From: Spironucleus salmonicida
Taxonomy: Eukaryota
Direction: 5' to 3'
Assembly (NCBI RefSeq): GCF_000497125.1
Contig: NC_090603.1
Location: 806,001-870,000, forward strand
Length of the DNA stretch: 64,000 nucleotides
Below the pieces are notes generated by a model. It was not told where the DNA came from, ran no database searches, and worked only from the letters and a program-made list of their open reading frames with translations. This document shows, one piece after another, positions 1-11,076 of this stretch (the first letter of the stretch is position 1; each line of letters begins with the position of its first letter). The translations under genes and the position numbers were made by a program.

Positions 1-143
1 TATTTACCTTCGTGTTACTATTGCTTATTGTTAAAGACTATCTAAATCTACAGCATTAAAAATATTAGGTGGTTTATAGCGCAATTATCTCATTTAAAAA
101 ATTATACATATACAATATATAATAAATATAGTTACCCATGAGC

Positions 144-1613
144 TCACTAAGTGAATTTTTCAAGTAAATCTTTTACGATATCGAATATGGGACCGACAGT
201 GCTAATTTCGCAGTGTTCAGTAGGGCTATGAGGAGATATGATAGTAGGGCCGATAGAAATAGCATCCATACCTGGGTGAAGAGCACATATCATTCCTGCT
301 TCTAAACCAGCATGAATAGCAGAAATTTTCACATCTTTAGCATGCTTAGCATAGACTTCTTAACAAATCTTAAGAAGGGGAGAATCTGGGTTAGCAGGCC
401 ATCCAGGATAAGCACTTTCCATTCCAGTTATGTTCCATTTTACAAGTTAACATATACTTTTCAAACTCATATAAATGTGGTCTAATTCTTCAGAATAACA
501 GCTCCTTCCACTACCCAAAAAGTCAACAGTACCATCTTCACAAGTTTTAACGATGGTAGTAGCAAAACTAGATTCTACAAAGTCTTTAACAGCTTAGGAT
601 ATTCTTTAAGGACCATGAGGAAGAGTTAATATTATATTTAATATTTCTTATGTGTCTTCACTATTGAAACATTATTTTTCTTCAACAAATTTAGATGAAA
701 TAGTAGCCTTCTTTTCTTCTACATACTACTTAGTAATTTTATCAAAAATAGATTATAATGGGCAAGATTCTTTACAGTCACAGTTGGATATTGCAATTCT
801 AGCTTTACAAAAAGCAGGAATAGCATTATGAGTAGTACCTCCATTAATAGAGATAATTCTAGCGTCATAGCTAGCTGGAAGCAACTTAATGAGTTTTGCC
901 ATTTGCTTAATTGCATTAGCTCTAAATAAGTGGATTTCGCATCCAGAGTGTCCACCAGAATATCCATCGATAGAGATTTCAATAACCTTTCTATCAGCTA
1001 CTTCAATCTTCTTGAATGTCTTACTGATATTAACACGGAATCCACCGGCACATGAGATACATATATCACCGAATTCTTCAGTATCCATATTAAGGAGATA
1101 CTTTGATTTCAAGCAAGGTGCAAGTTTAGATGCTCCAATAAGGCCAATCTCTTCATCAGAAGTGCATAGAATTTCAATAGGACCGTGCTAATAAGTTGAA
1201 TCAATGGCAAGAGCTAGAGCTGTAACTAACCCCATACCATTATCAGCGCCAAGAGTTGTATTTGTAGCATAAAGATATTCGCCTTCCTAACGTAGGACAA
1301 GAGGATCCTTAGAGAAATCGTGAACTTATTCAGGCTTCTTAACATCAACTTTATCAGTGTGATTTTATAAACAGATCCCTGGAACATTTTCATATCCTTT
1401 GGTGGCAGGAACTTTTATCAATACGTTAGAGGTCTCATCAACTGTATATTCGAGACAGTTTGTCTTAGCGAAATTAACCAACCAATTAGTGACTGGTTTT
1501 CTATTTCCAGAACCGTGAGGTACTTCGCAAAGTTCGAAGAATAATTCAAATATTTTTCTGTACTTGGCAGGCATCTTCTCAAGAAGGGCAGCATTGTTTG
1601 TGGTTAGGGCCAT
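144..1613 (-). CDS. pepD: Aminoacyl-histidine dipeptidase (PepD, peptidase M20C), 489 aa
   Basis: ORF-track fragments 1365-1613, 753-1112 and 147-332 share one frame and join when TAA/TAG=Gln. Motifs TLGADNGMG, DEEIG, GGHSG, IHAGLEAG, HSPTE. Ends TAG TGA. Confidence 0.92.
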
Positions 1614-1808
1614 TTAATAGAAAGACTTAAATTGATTTAATGCAATTAGGATTAAACAGTATAATAATTAATTCTAATTAATTCACAAAAATGTATAGGT
1701 TTTCATAAATCACAATTATATTTAACTTTTATTATATTCTAATAATATAGATTTGAGTGTTTTGAATAAAATATAATTATTACAATTATTATATATTTAT
1801 AATATAGT

Positions 1809-2723
1809 ATGAAATCATTCTAAAAATCTATGTATGCTCCGCTTGTCAGATTTCTTGAATCATACGGGTATGACTAGCGTACTTAACTTTCCCCACTCTT
1901 ACTATTTAAAATACTTCAAACAACGATCCCTGATGACCTTCCATCCCCGATCCTTATACCCTCACTGACATAAAATCACCAAAATTAAGTTATTCTTCAA
2001 AACTTCTTAAATTCACAAAGTAATGATATTGGAACACTAGCTCTTTCCACATTCCTTTATTTATAATAACGCTCCATACCCCATTCTTTAATTTTAAGAA
2101 TTATGAAAACTTTTGGTTTAGATATAAGTAATTTCAATCGTTATATACGTAATGGAGCGTTTTTAAACCTGATTATTGCAACACATCCTTGTACTTTTAA
2201 ACTTAATTTTGATATTTTGCTGAAAACCGAGTTAGAGGCCAAAAATCGGCAAAACTTAAAAGTTTCATTACCACTTTTGCAGAGTAAATTCGATAATTTT
2301 TTAGTGAAAATTGACGATTTTAAAAGTGATATTGCTAGTAAATTTGTGATTTACTAAGTGTATTTAATGTAGGATAGTCTGGGAAAATTTAAGGATTTTT
2401 ATGGAGTAGAAATTCGATTTGCTAATCAATTCATATTGGGAGAAACTATTTAAAGCGATATACTAATAAGAAAATTTGTCATTGCATACGGTCTTTGCAC
2501 AGAGTTTGCTAATCTAACGTTTGATAATGATAGCTTAAAAATTTAAACTGAAAATAATATTTTTATTGTATAATAATCTGAGATAGTGGAAATTTAAGCT
2601 GTAGAATTAATATTAATTTTAAAGTGTAATCATGAGAAATTTTAAGAACTACGAATTGGTGTAAAGAATGACTTAGATATGTAAGACTTAAGCTAGTAAA
2701 TGGTAAAGCTAGCTAATAACTGA
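1809..2723 (+). CDS. Hypothetical protein, 304 aa
   Basis: Open ATG-TGA frame in code 6; contains track ORF 2103-2357. Confidence 0.65.
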
Positions 2724-2739
2724 GTAACTTCGATTTCAA

Positions 2740-3273
2740 TCACTCTGGCCCCATACCACTAAAGCTATTCACAGGCTTACTGGCTGTATTTTTAGTTTTT
2801 CCACCGATTGAAATTTTGATTTTCTAATCTGCCTTCAAACTGAAATCCTATACGGGCATCGCCTGAATCGGCTACGGGTTCTTGCTGCGTTCCAGCCACT
2901 TTCCAAAATCTGCTAATTGAACTTTGAAATCAAATGCAGTTTCCCTGTCTGCAAAACCAATTCCAACAAACGCTTGGCGCGTTCCAGTTGGGTCCATAAC
3001 TACTAGAACGAAGTAGCGCGAGGAGTCTGAGGCCTAGTTCAGCACAGGAATAGAGCCACGATACTAAACTGGAAAACGTGTTTACTCAGTGTTGTCAGGG
3101 TTCAAAAGAATAACAAAACACTGGGTGTCCGTAGTTACAATTTTCATCTGACCGCGGAAAATAAGCCAATCTTGGGGCCAGGATTCGCAGGTAAAATTGT
3201 CTATATTGAGAGTAGGAGCAATACGGTAGGCGAAAGAGTCCTTTAAAATGGCTACTGTTTGTTCAAATGCCAT
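2740..3273 (-). CDS. NECAP: NECAP-like adaptin ear-binding protein (PHear domain), 177 aa
   Basis: DSSRYFVL and AFVGIGFADRETAFDF motifs after code-6 read-through. Ends GAGTGA. Confidence 0.85.
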
Positions 3274-3353
3274 CGTGATTTATTGAAAGGGACTAAACGA
3301 TAAATAGTATATAATAATAAATAACAAGAGATGACTGATAAAAATTGGAAAGC

Positions 3354-3608
3354 TCACAAAAGCGCAATATCTTATTAAGTTGACCATAATTCAACTGTTT
3401 CGTAAGCATCATTGTATGGTAGGACAAATTTAGAAAGATATGAAACGTCAATACCATTAATTGTCGTTGGAAGTTTGTCACGATCTTGAAATTTCTAAAG
3501 TTTTTGCTACGGGACATTGTCAATATCAGCTACTTTTACAGTTATATCATCAACCTCAGTCTGTGGCATCGCAGCGGCATTCAAAAACTAGATTTATTCC
3601 TCAGCCAT
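3354..3608 (-). CDS. Small protein resembling the conserved C-terminus of IFT43, 84 aa
   Basis: DDITVKVAD...TINGIDVSYLSKFVLP...E.VELW resembles the IFT43 signature as I recall it; not searched. Confidence 0.5.
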
Positions 3609-3701
3609 TTTGAATTTTATATATATTATTAATATATATAATAATAAAGTATATAAAATTATATATATTTATTACTACTTAATAATACTTAGTTTTTTTA
3701 A

Positions 3702-4607
3702 ATGCTTGCGGTTGTATTACAGGGTGCAAACATATTTGTTACATCACTACCACATACTGTTGATTTTCCAAGTTATGGGATTAAAATTTATTATGGTTTA
3801 TCATGCGAATTAGCTTCAAACAATAACATTTTTGCTAATATTACACTTGACGTTGATGAGACGGCATCGCTTTAGATTTTTTATGGTTGCACCGATGTTT
3901 CTAGGTTAATTATAACAGCTTATTTAAATAATCCTTCTTATAATTAATCATTTTCGTCCGTATTTGGTGTCGTTGATTAGCCGTTATAGATATCTCATTC
4001 CACCTTTGTAGTTACGAGCTTTGCAAAATATGCAAGTGGAGTTGTATCCTATGCTATTGCCCCATGTAATATCAGCTTGTCTTTTATTTATTTCACAACC
4101 TAAGATTCTATGTCTGCTTCCTCAGTTATAAACTGGATTCATGGGGCTAAGGCAATTGCTAACTTAACAGATTTAGTTGTAGATGCAAAAATTATTGCAA
4201 GTTTATTTGGTGCTGGATTAGTTGTATGTATCGAAGAATAGGCTGCTGTAAATATGACAACGGTGACACTGAGTGCAGATATTTATACCAGAGGTGTTTC
4301 TGCTGGAGCTGTAGGAACTATTCGAACAGAGGGTAAAAGTATCATTAAAAATGTTATAGTTACTGGGAAAATCTCGGCATTAAGAGATGAATTTGTTTCT
4401 GGCCTTATTGGATAGGCGAAAGTGGGAACTGTTTCTCAGACAATTTATTGTGTTGTTTATGCTGAGGTTAAAGGATGGTGTAAAGGTGGTATTAGTGGTT
4501 AAAATTACCAGAATAATGCAGAACTAGGGAGATTAGTTATTAACCTAGATAACGGGACTAAATGCTTGTGCCCTAAAGGCTTTTGCAAGAGACTAGTTGA
4601 TAATTGA
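3702..4607 (+). CDS. Hypothetical Gly/Val-rich, possibly secreted beta-solenoid-like protein, 301 aa
   Basis: Open code-6 frame with hydrophobic N-terminus, repeated GAGLV/AGAVG/SGLIG motifs and a Cys-rich C-terminus. Confidence 0.6.
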
Positions 4608-5108
4608 TATATTTTCCGCACTACCTTCCAAAATGGACAGTTTTGACGTGAATAATTAATTTATCAATTATTAAATAATATAACTAACTATGATTGTATG
4701 TAAAACTAATATTTTACAATTTAACTGTATATAAATTTGCTTATTTATAATAGATAGTCTTAATATAGATTCGCTTTTAAAAAAATGAAATCATTGAAGT
4801 TGTTACCAAAATGCATTAAAACAGATCAATAATCAATGAACATCAAACCACGAAACTTTCATTAGAATTATATAGAAGACCTATTTGATGGAAACAGTGG
4901 ACTTGGTATGATTGCAGATTCAACTAATTCTTTAAAAAACATTAGTTAATGAACTGATTTATTTTCTGCTAAAATCTGGAATCATCTATTTATTAGATAT
5001 GTTTTAATTTTATCCAATAATTTAGCTTTTCGAATCTGAATTTTCTATTCAGATTACAAACTTCTATTATTAATTATATAAAAATATGATAAATAAATAC
5101 ACCAAAAC

Positions 5109-5303
5109 TCAAATCTAGAGCTCTAATTCGTCTGAATATTATTAGCTGATATTAAGCGCAGAACCTTCATATGTTTGAATAGAACTCAGATATTTCCTAT
5201 CTACAGTTTGACTTGAGATTCGCTATTCACACGAATTAAAGATGCCAGGGTGAGGCTGTTTATCAAGTTCAGTCGTTTGTAGTTGTTAATCTGTGATTCC
5301 CAT
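5109..5303 (-). CDS. Short hypothetical ORF, 64 aa
   Basis: ATG-TGA frame with more GC than its flanks; no recognisable motif. Confidence 0.3.
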
Positions 5304-5593
5304 TTTTAAATAATTAATCATTTATATTATAATTTATTATTAACTTCTTTACTTTATGTTTTCAATCAATTTTTAGATACAAAAGTAAAGGTTAGTAATT
5401 TGGAATATTTAGTTTTTAATGAAAAAACTAAAATTAAGAATGTTTGTATAAACTAAAGAAATAATAATTAATACTATATTTTTTAAAATAACCAAATTAC
5501 ACTTCAATTGTATTAATTATAGTATATCTTTTCTTCAAATCATTTGTTTTACTTTACAAAATTCATTATTTACAAACACGTATCTTCAACTGG

Positions 5594-6529
5594 ATGACCA
5601 GGGCCCAGCCTGCAGTACCGCCTACGTCGAGGAACATTATAGAGTTGCCGTATACGAACGAAATCAAGCAGCTCACCGCAAACTACGCCTCCCAGGAATA
5701 CAACGCCTTCATCAACTCCTGCAACATTCCGGACTGCAAGAGCCTGCTGAAATCGCGCAAGAGCGTGGTGTTCCCGTGCAGGAACGACTTCTACGCAATG
5801 CAGATCACATTCATTCGACCAGTCCACATCCAGTACCTCAACTTCTTCTCCAGTCAGCCTTTCGCATCCAACCTGCGGCAGGTGCGCATGTCCGCAGAAG
5901 GCGTCGAGGTCGGCAACATTGCGCTCAACTCCCGCGGGGGAATGTTCAAGGTGGACCACCCGGACGCTGTCAAGTCCATCCGCTTTGAGTTCAGCGTGTT
6001 CGAGAACAAGTTCCATATGTGCCAGATCGGCAACATCGGGGTGTACGGAAACAACATCCTCAAGATGCTGGAGCAGAACTTCGACGAGACGCTCTTCATG
6101 CGGCAATTCCAGCACGCCCCGGCGAGTGGTGCGGACCATGGCGATTTCGGGCTCGAGTTCCAGCAGGAGAAGGCGCTTAGCAGGAACCTGTTCGTCCGGA
6201 TTAACCAGGACCTGCTGGACCTCACCAAGGAGGCCAATGAGCTCAAGATTCAGCTCGGGCAGGCGATGTTCCTCATCTCGGTGCTCGGGATCGCGATCGT
6301 GGTCCTCGCTGCGGGGGTAGTGCTTCGGGCGTTCTTCTGCCACCGGACCGTCGGCCTGGACGACGTGCAGATGCGGGCCCGCAGCGGGACGCTGGACGGC
6401 CTCCGAGGCGAGATGCTGCAGTGCCTCCAGAACACGTCCTTCACCGACGACCCTGCCGAGGCGTGCAAGCGGATCGCCTCCTGCATGGACCTGCAGCGAA
6501 TGGGGAAGCCCGTGACGCCCACTCAGTGA
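5594..6529 (+). CDS. Mid-SUN (Slp1/SUCO-like) domain membrane protein, 5'-truncated copy, 311 aa
   Basis: NYASQEY...FPC...FASNL...IRFEF...CQIGNIGVYG, then coiled coil and TM helix. No in-frame ATG upstream before the TGA at 5420. Confidence 0.6.
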   Translation: MTRAQPAVPPTSRNIIELPYTNEIKQLTANYASQEYNAFINSCNIPDCKSLLKSRKSVVFPCRNDFYAMQITFIRPVHIQYLNFFSSQPFASNLRQVRMSAEGVEVGNIALNSRGGMFKVDHPDAVKSIRFEFSVFENKFHMCQIGNIGVYGNNILKMLEQNFDETLFMRQFQHAPASGADHGDFGLEFQQEKALSRNLFVRINQDLLDLTKEANELKIQLGQAMFLISVLGIAIVVLAAGVVLRAFFCHRTVGLDDVQMRARSGTLDGLRGEMLQCLQNTSFTDDPAEACKRIASCMDLQRMGKPVTPTQ

Positions 6530-6531
6530 TT

Positions 6532-8160
6532 TCATTCCTCTTGTGCCGCCCAGTACCGGTACGCCAGCACCTCCGCCACCTGGTGCCGGGAGAGGCCGCT
6601 CACCGGGAGGAATGCGGGCACGAAGAGCATCAGCTCGGTGGAAAAGTAGCGATATAGCACGTTCTGGCGCAGCGCCGCGGTCAGGCCCCCGAAGTATCGC
6701 TCCAGCGCAGCGGCAGAGAGGGCCAGCGCCCGGAAACCCAGACCTCCCACTAGCTCGTCCGCAGCGAGCAGTGCCATGTAGATGTCATCGAAGTCGCATG
6801 GCGTGGGGTGATGCATGGCGTCCAGGAGCGACGCGAGGGCCGCCAGTCGCCCCCGGTCCGGCAGCAGGCCCGAGGCGAACTCGAACGCGTCCCTCTCTGC
6901 GGTGGTCAGCTGGTGCAGCACGCCCCGCTGCTCCACGGTCTACTGCACGAGCGCCTGGTCCGCATAGGGGTACAGCGTGCAGAGCGCAAGAAGGTCCGAT
7001 CCCTCGGCCCCCAAGTGGCGCGCGATCTCTCCCACCCTGGGGCCGTCCAGCGCCACCAGCACCTCGCAGTCCAGGCACACTACCGCAGCAGCCGTGCTCA
7101 CGTCGGCCTGCGCTGCGAGCAGGCACCGCGCGGGCCGGTTCAGCAAGGGGCACACCAGCGCGGCGAACTCAGGCGAGGCGAGGCCGGGGTCCAGCACCTC
7201 CCCGAACTCGACCAGGCAGAACATCTCCGCTAGGCGCATCCCGGGGACCTCCGCAAAGAGCACCCGCAGCTCCCTCGCCACCGCCACGGCAGACGTCGCC
7301 CGCCCCTCGGCCAACTCGCGGTAGTACACCAGCATGAGGCCCGTGGCATGCAGCCAGCCGCTCTCGCTCTGTCCCAGGAACTGCATGCGCTCTGGTACCG
7401 TGGGGAGGCGTTCCAGCTCGGCGTAGAAGGCCGCGTTGTCGTCGCCGTCGCGGGCCAGGACGGCGCTGAAGGAGCCAGCGCGCAGGGCGGTGAAGCAGAG
7501 GAACTCCAGCACGAGCCCGTTCTCAGGCAGCGCCTCGCCCAGCTGCAGGATGTGCCGTACTGAGAGGTGCCGCTGGCCGATGCAGGCACAGAGTGCGCCC
7601 GTGGGGATCGCCGGGACGGCCGCGCACAGCTGGTCCGTGGTGAGGTGCTCCGGGGCCAGTTACCCAGCACCGACGAGCTCCAATAGCATCGTGTCGTCTA
7701 CTGCGGCGAGAGCGACCTTGTGCTGGAGGGATAGCCGCGCACCGTCCACCTTCCCGGCCAGTGCCGCCAGCTCGCGGGCCCGGAAGTAGCCCGCGTTCGC
7801 GAGCGCCATGCCCAGCACCTCTGCGCCCACCTCAGAGCCGGTGAAGTGGGCGCTCTTGAACACGAGCACGAGCTGGAAGACCTGCCGCTGCCGGGCCAGC
7901 GCCAGCACCGCCGGAAAGCTGCGCAGCATCTGCAGCTGGGCGGCCAAAGGGTCCGCCTCCTGCACCAGGGCGCGCGCCTCGCGTTCGTCCGGGGCCAGGC
8001 GCAGCGCGAACACCCGGGCCAGCAGGTCCTCCAGGGCGGCCGACGACCGCGGGGGCGCGTGAAAGTCAGCGAAGGGCGAGAAGAGGGGCGCCAGGGCCTC
8101 CGGGGCGAGGGCGAAGTCGCGGTGCCGGAGGGCGCGCAGCAGGTGCAGGCCGGTCGACAT
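6532..8160 (-). CDS. Hypothetical Leu/Ala-rich helical protein, 542 aa (IR1 copy)
   Basis: Track ORFs 7660-8184, 6940-7512 and 6532-6936 are one frame joined through a TAA and a TAG; strong GC3 bias. Confidence 0.75.
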
Positions 8161-8189
8161 TATGACCCGTCGCAGAGAGCCCACTCCAA

Positions 8190-8564
8190 ATGCTATTCAC
8201 GCGCGAGAACCCGCGGCCGGTGCGCGCGCAGGCCTTCTTCAGCGACGACTTCGAGGCGGTGGTGGTGCCGCTGCTGGCTCCCCGCGCGCCCTGTCCGGCG
8301 GAACGGCCCCCGGACGTCCCGGAGGGAGGGACGACTCCCCAGCCGCCCCGCATGTTCCGCTTCGACGTTAGCAGGGCCCGCCTGGAGTTCCAGGCCCGGG
8401 CCGTGTTCTGCGAGGTGTCCACCATGCACCCGCGGTCCAGGATCGGGCCGCCGCGCGCCACCCCCCGGCCTGCCAGCAGCGCTGCGACGCCGACCAACTG
8501 GGTGGCGCTGGCCCCCAACGAGAGCGCAATCCGCCTGCAGCGAATGGTGGGGAGCGGGAAGTGA
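8190..8564 (+). CDS. Hypothetical protein, 124 aa (IR1 copy)
   Basis: CCACTCCAA-ATG start context, ends AAGTGA, fills the gap between neighbours. Confidence 0.6.
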   Translation: MLFTRENPRPVRAQAFFSDDFEAVVVPLLAPRAPCPAERPPDVPEGGTTPQPPRMFRFDVSRARLEFQARAVFCEVSTMHPRSRIGPPRATPRPASSAATPTNWVALAPNESAIRLQRMVGSGK

Positions 8565-8573
8565 CCACTCCAA

Positions 8574-8801
8574 ATGGACGAGCGCGAGTTCGTGGCGGCC
8601 GGCTTCATCCAGGACCTCCTGCTCCGACAGACGCCCCGCACGGCCCAGTACGACGCTGAGGTGGCCGAGGGCGTGGCGGCCGTGGACGCGGAGCTGCGGG
8701 GGCTTGAGACGCAGCTAGCGGAGCTCACGGAGCGCGAGGGCCGGATATTGCAGGAGCAGCAGATTTACCTCGAGAAGATAGCCGCGCTGGAGCAGTAGTG
8801 A
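8574..8801 (+). CDS. Small coiled-coil protein, 75 aa (IR1 copy)
   Basis: CCACTCCAA-ATG start, heptad-like pattern, ends TAG TGA. Confidence 0.7.
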
Positions 8802-8810
8802 TGTGTTCTC

Positions 8811-10175
8811 TCACTTGTGGTTGGCGAAGATCCTGCCGTACACCTCGTACGCGCTCCAGAGGTCCGCGACGCCGCACACCTCGAAGGGGCTGTGCATGTT
8901 CAGGAGGCCGGGGCCCATGTCCACCACGGGGGCGTTCATGCGTTCGCCGATGAACTTCGCGATGGTGCCGCCGCCGCCGATGTCGATTCTGCCGAGGTTG
9001 GCGAACTGGTAGAGGAAGTCGTCGCCGACGCAGGTGCGGATGGCGTGCAGCAGCTCCGTCGGGGCCTCGGACGACCCGTTCTTGCCCCCAGAGCCGGTGT
9101 AGCGACTGAGCCCGATGCCGCGGTTCATCACTGCGGCGTTGAGCTTGTCGTGCACCGCGGGGAAGTTCGGGTCGAAGAGGGCCGTGACGTCCGCCGAGAC
9201 CAGCAGCGACCTGTAGAAGGCGCGGGCGTGCTGGCGCTCGGCGAGGCCCAGCGCGTACATGACGTCCTTGAGGGTGTACACGAGCGAGCCGGACTGGGCG
9301 CCCGTGCAGCCGCTGGAGCCGGTCTCCTCGTAGCCATAGATGCAGGCGACGGCCGTAGCCGCGGGGGTGTCCTGGAGGTCCACCAGGGCGTGCATCTCGG
9401 TGAACACGCAGATGCCGTCGTCCTGGCCGGGACCGCCGATCATGCTGCGGTCGAGGCCGACGAAGCGCGCGGGGAAGGCGGGGAAGAGCTGAAACTCGCA
9501 GAAGGGTACCTCGGCGGCGGTGACCCCGGTCTCGCGTTCGAGGAGCGCCAGGAAGGCGGGCGTCATCTCGACCGTGTCGTCCGCTGGGGCCGACATGGCG
9601 AGCGTGTTGAGCTCCTCGCCCTTCACGACGTCGCGCATCTTGCGCTCTGCCTGCTCCGACGAGAGGTGGATGAGCAGGTCGGGGATCGTGAACACCGGGT
9701 CGGAGGGCTTGTCGCCGACGGTGAAGGAGTGCAGCCCGTCGGGGCGCTGCACGAACCCCTTGAGCATCATGGGCGTGGTGGCCTGCTGGTACTTCTTGAC
9801 GCCGCCGAAGTAGTGGCACTTGAGCGTGACCACGCCCTGGTCCTTCATCGCGTTCACGAAGTTGGGCTTGAGGTCCAAGTGCGGGTAGTCCCCGTGCGCC
9901 CCCACGAAGGTGAAGCCCGAGTCAGCGGTGGCGGTGCCGCACACGCCAGCGATCAGGCTCTTGTGGTGGTTCACGTAGAAGAACCTGTCGCCGGGGCGGA
10001 GGCCGGCCTCGTCGCCGAGCTCGCGATGCACGAATCCTTTGGAGAGCAGGAGGGCCTGGGCCCACTGGACGCGCTCCCTGTCAGCGTGGTACTTGCTGAG
10101 GAAGCCGAGGTACTCGTCGGCCAAAGAGCGCATCTTCAGCGTCTGCTCCGGCGTAAGCTTTCCGAATAGTGACAT
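8811..10175 (-). CDS. M18 family (aspartyl-type) aminopeptidase, 454 aa, intact copy
   Basis: GAHGDYP, HYFGGVKKYQ, GQDD, EETGS, SADV, GGGTI and MHSPFE motifs. ATG at 10173-10175. Confidence 0.9.
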   Translation of the reverse strand: MSLFGKLTPEQTLKMRSLADEYLGFLSKYHADRERVQWAQALLLSKGFVHRELGDEAGLRPGDRFFYVNHHKSLIAGVCGTATADSGFTFVGAHGDYPHLDLKPNFVNAMKDQGVVTLKCHYFGGVKKYQQATTPMMLKGFVQRPDGLHSFTVGDKPSDPVFTIPDLLIHLSSEQAERKMRDVVKGEELNTLAMSAPADDTVEMTPAFLALLERETGVTAAEVPFCEFQLFPAFPARFVGLDRSMIGGPGQDDGICVFTEMHALVDLQDTPAATAVACIYGYEETGSSGCTGAQSGSLVYTLKDVMYALGLAERQHARAFYRSLLVSADVTALFDPNFPAVHDKLNAAVMNRGIGLSRYTGSGGKNGSSEAPTELLHAIRTCVGDDFLYQFANLGRIDIGGGGTIAKFIGERMNAPVVDMGPGLLNMHSPFEVCGVADLWSAYEVYGRIFANHK

Positions 10176-10738
10176 TGTTGAAACAATCAAATAAAATATT
10201 ATTTATATTATTATATATCAGAATACCATAAATATTATGTGGATTTAGTAGACTCAAATGAATAATAAAATAAAAATAACACATTTTATTTTTACATTTT
10301 TTCAAATCTCTAAATTTTATTTATGTATATATACAGGTTTCAGCTTTTTGTGAATTGATTACTTAGAGTCGAATATATGAAATTTGTATCTAAGTATAAA
10401 TATTATCTTCGATTTACTTTAGCTTATTATATGTTATTATATAATTACTAAAATTATAATGATTAATTGATTTAATATATTATAGCAGTAATAAACTTTT
10501 AATACAATTGATTGAAAGAAAAATATGCTGTTCAACAATTTTTCTTTAATACATAGAAAGTTTTAGTAAAATGAATATTAGATACTTATATTAGTTATGA
10601 TAAGTTAATATTCAACTAACACATAAGATTACTGTCTATGTATTTAGCAATTTAATTTTAACTTTATAAATGTTCTAATACTCTTATTATATATTTATTA
10701 TACAGTTATTATGTTTTAGATGATACTTTCCTTTTAAT

Positions 10739-11026
10739 ATGGCAAATAACGCTGGTGCTTAAAATTATTTAAAGTATCTTGCTAATCCTAGTAAACAAGA
10801 TTTTAAAACATTCAACGAAGATTTATTACCATTACTCTGTCTATTTCTGTAAATAGTATTGTCTCTTGCAGGGTTGGTTTTTTCAGCCACTCCTCTTTTC
10901 TATATCGCTTTCATTGCTGCTTATTATCACATTGGATCATCAACAAATAAAATGTATTCATTATTTGCATTGATTCCGCTAACACTATACACACTTCATA
11001 AGTGGAAGATCACAAATTTCGATTGA
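10739..11026 (+). CDS. Small membrane protein, 95 aa
   Basis: Open code-6 frame with hydrophobic segments. Confidence 0.55.
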
Positions 11027-11076
11027 TTTATAATATTATATACTATATATACTATTATTTATAGTTTTCATTAAAA

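Larger units (their letters stand above)
5584..10166. repeat. IR1 left arm (about 4.58 kb, GC-rich)
   Basis: Reverse complement of 18090-22672 (paired coordinates sum to 28256 throughout, so no net indel). Roughly a dozen substitutions seen. Confidence 0.97.

Noticed and set aside
147-1613. Fragmented ORFs (PepD, PSMB3, sulfatase, SUN copy at 22150) as pseudogenes
   Set aside because: The breaks are all TAA/TAG in a single frame and are Gln codons under code 6.
4785-4952. Short plus-strand ORF of about 55 aa
   Set aside because: Too short and without motifs; such frames are common when TGA is the only stop.
5570-10169. Many long overlapping Arg/Pro/Gly-rich ORFs in the track (e.g. 8817-10169, 8725-9819, 6543-7337, and mirrors such as 25081-26148)
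   Set aside because: Shadow frames expected in high-GC3 coding DNA; no motifs, and they overlap better-supported genes.
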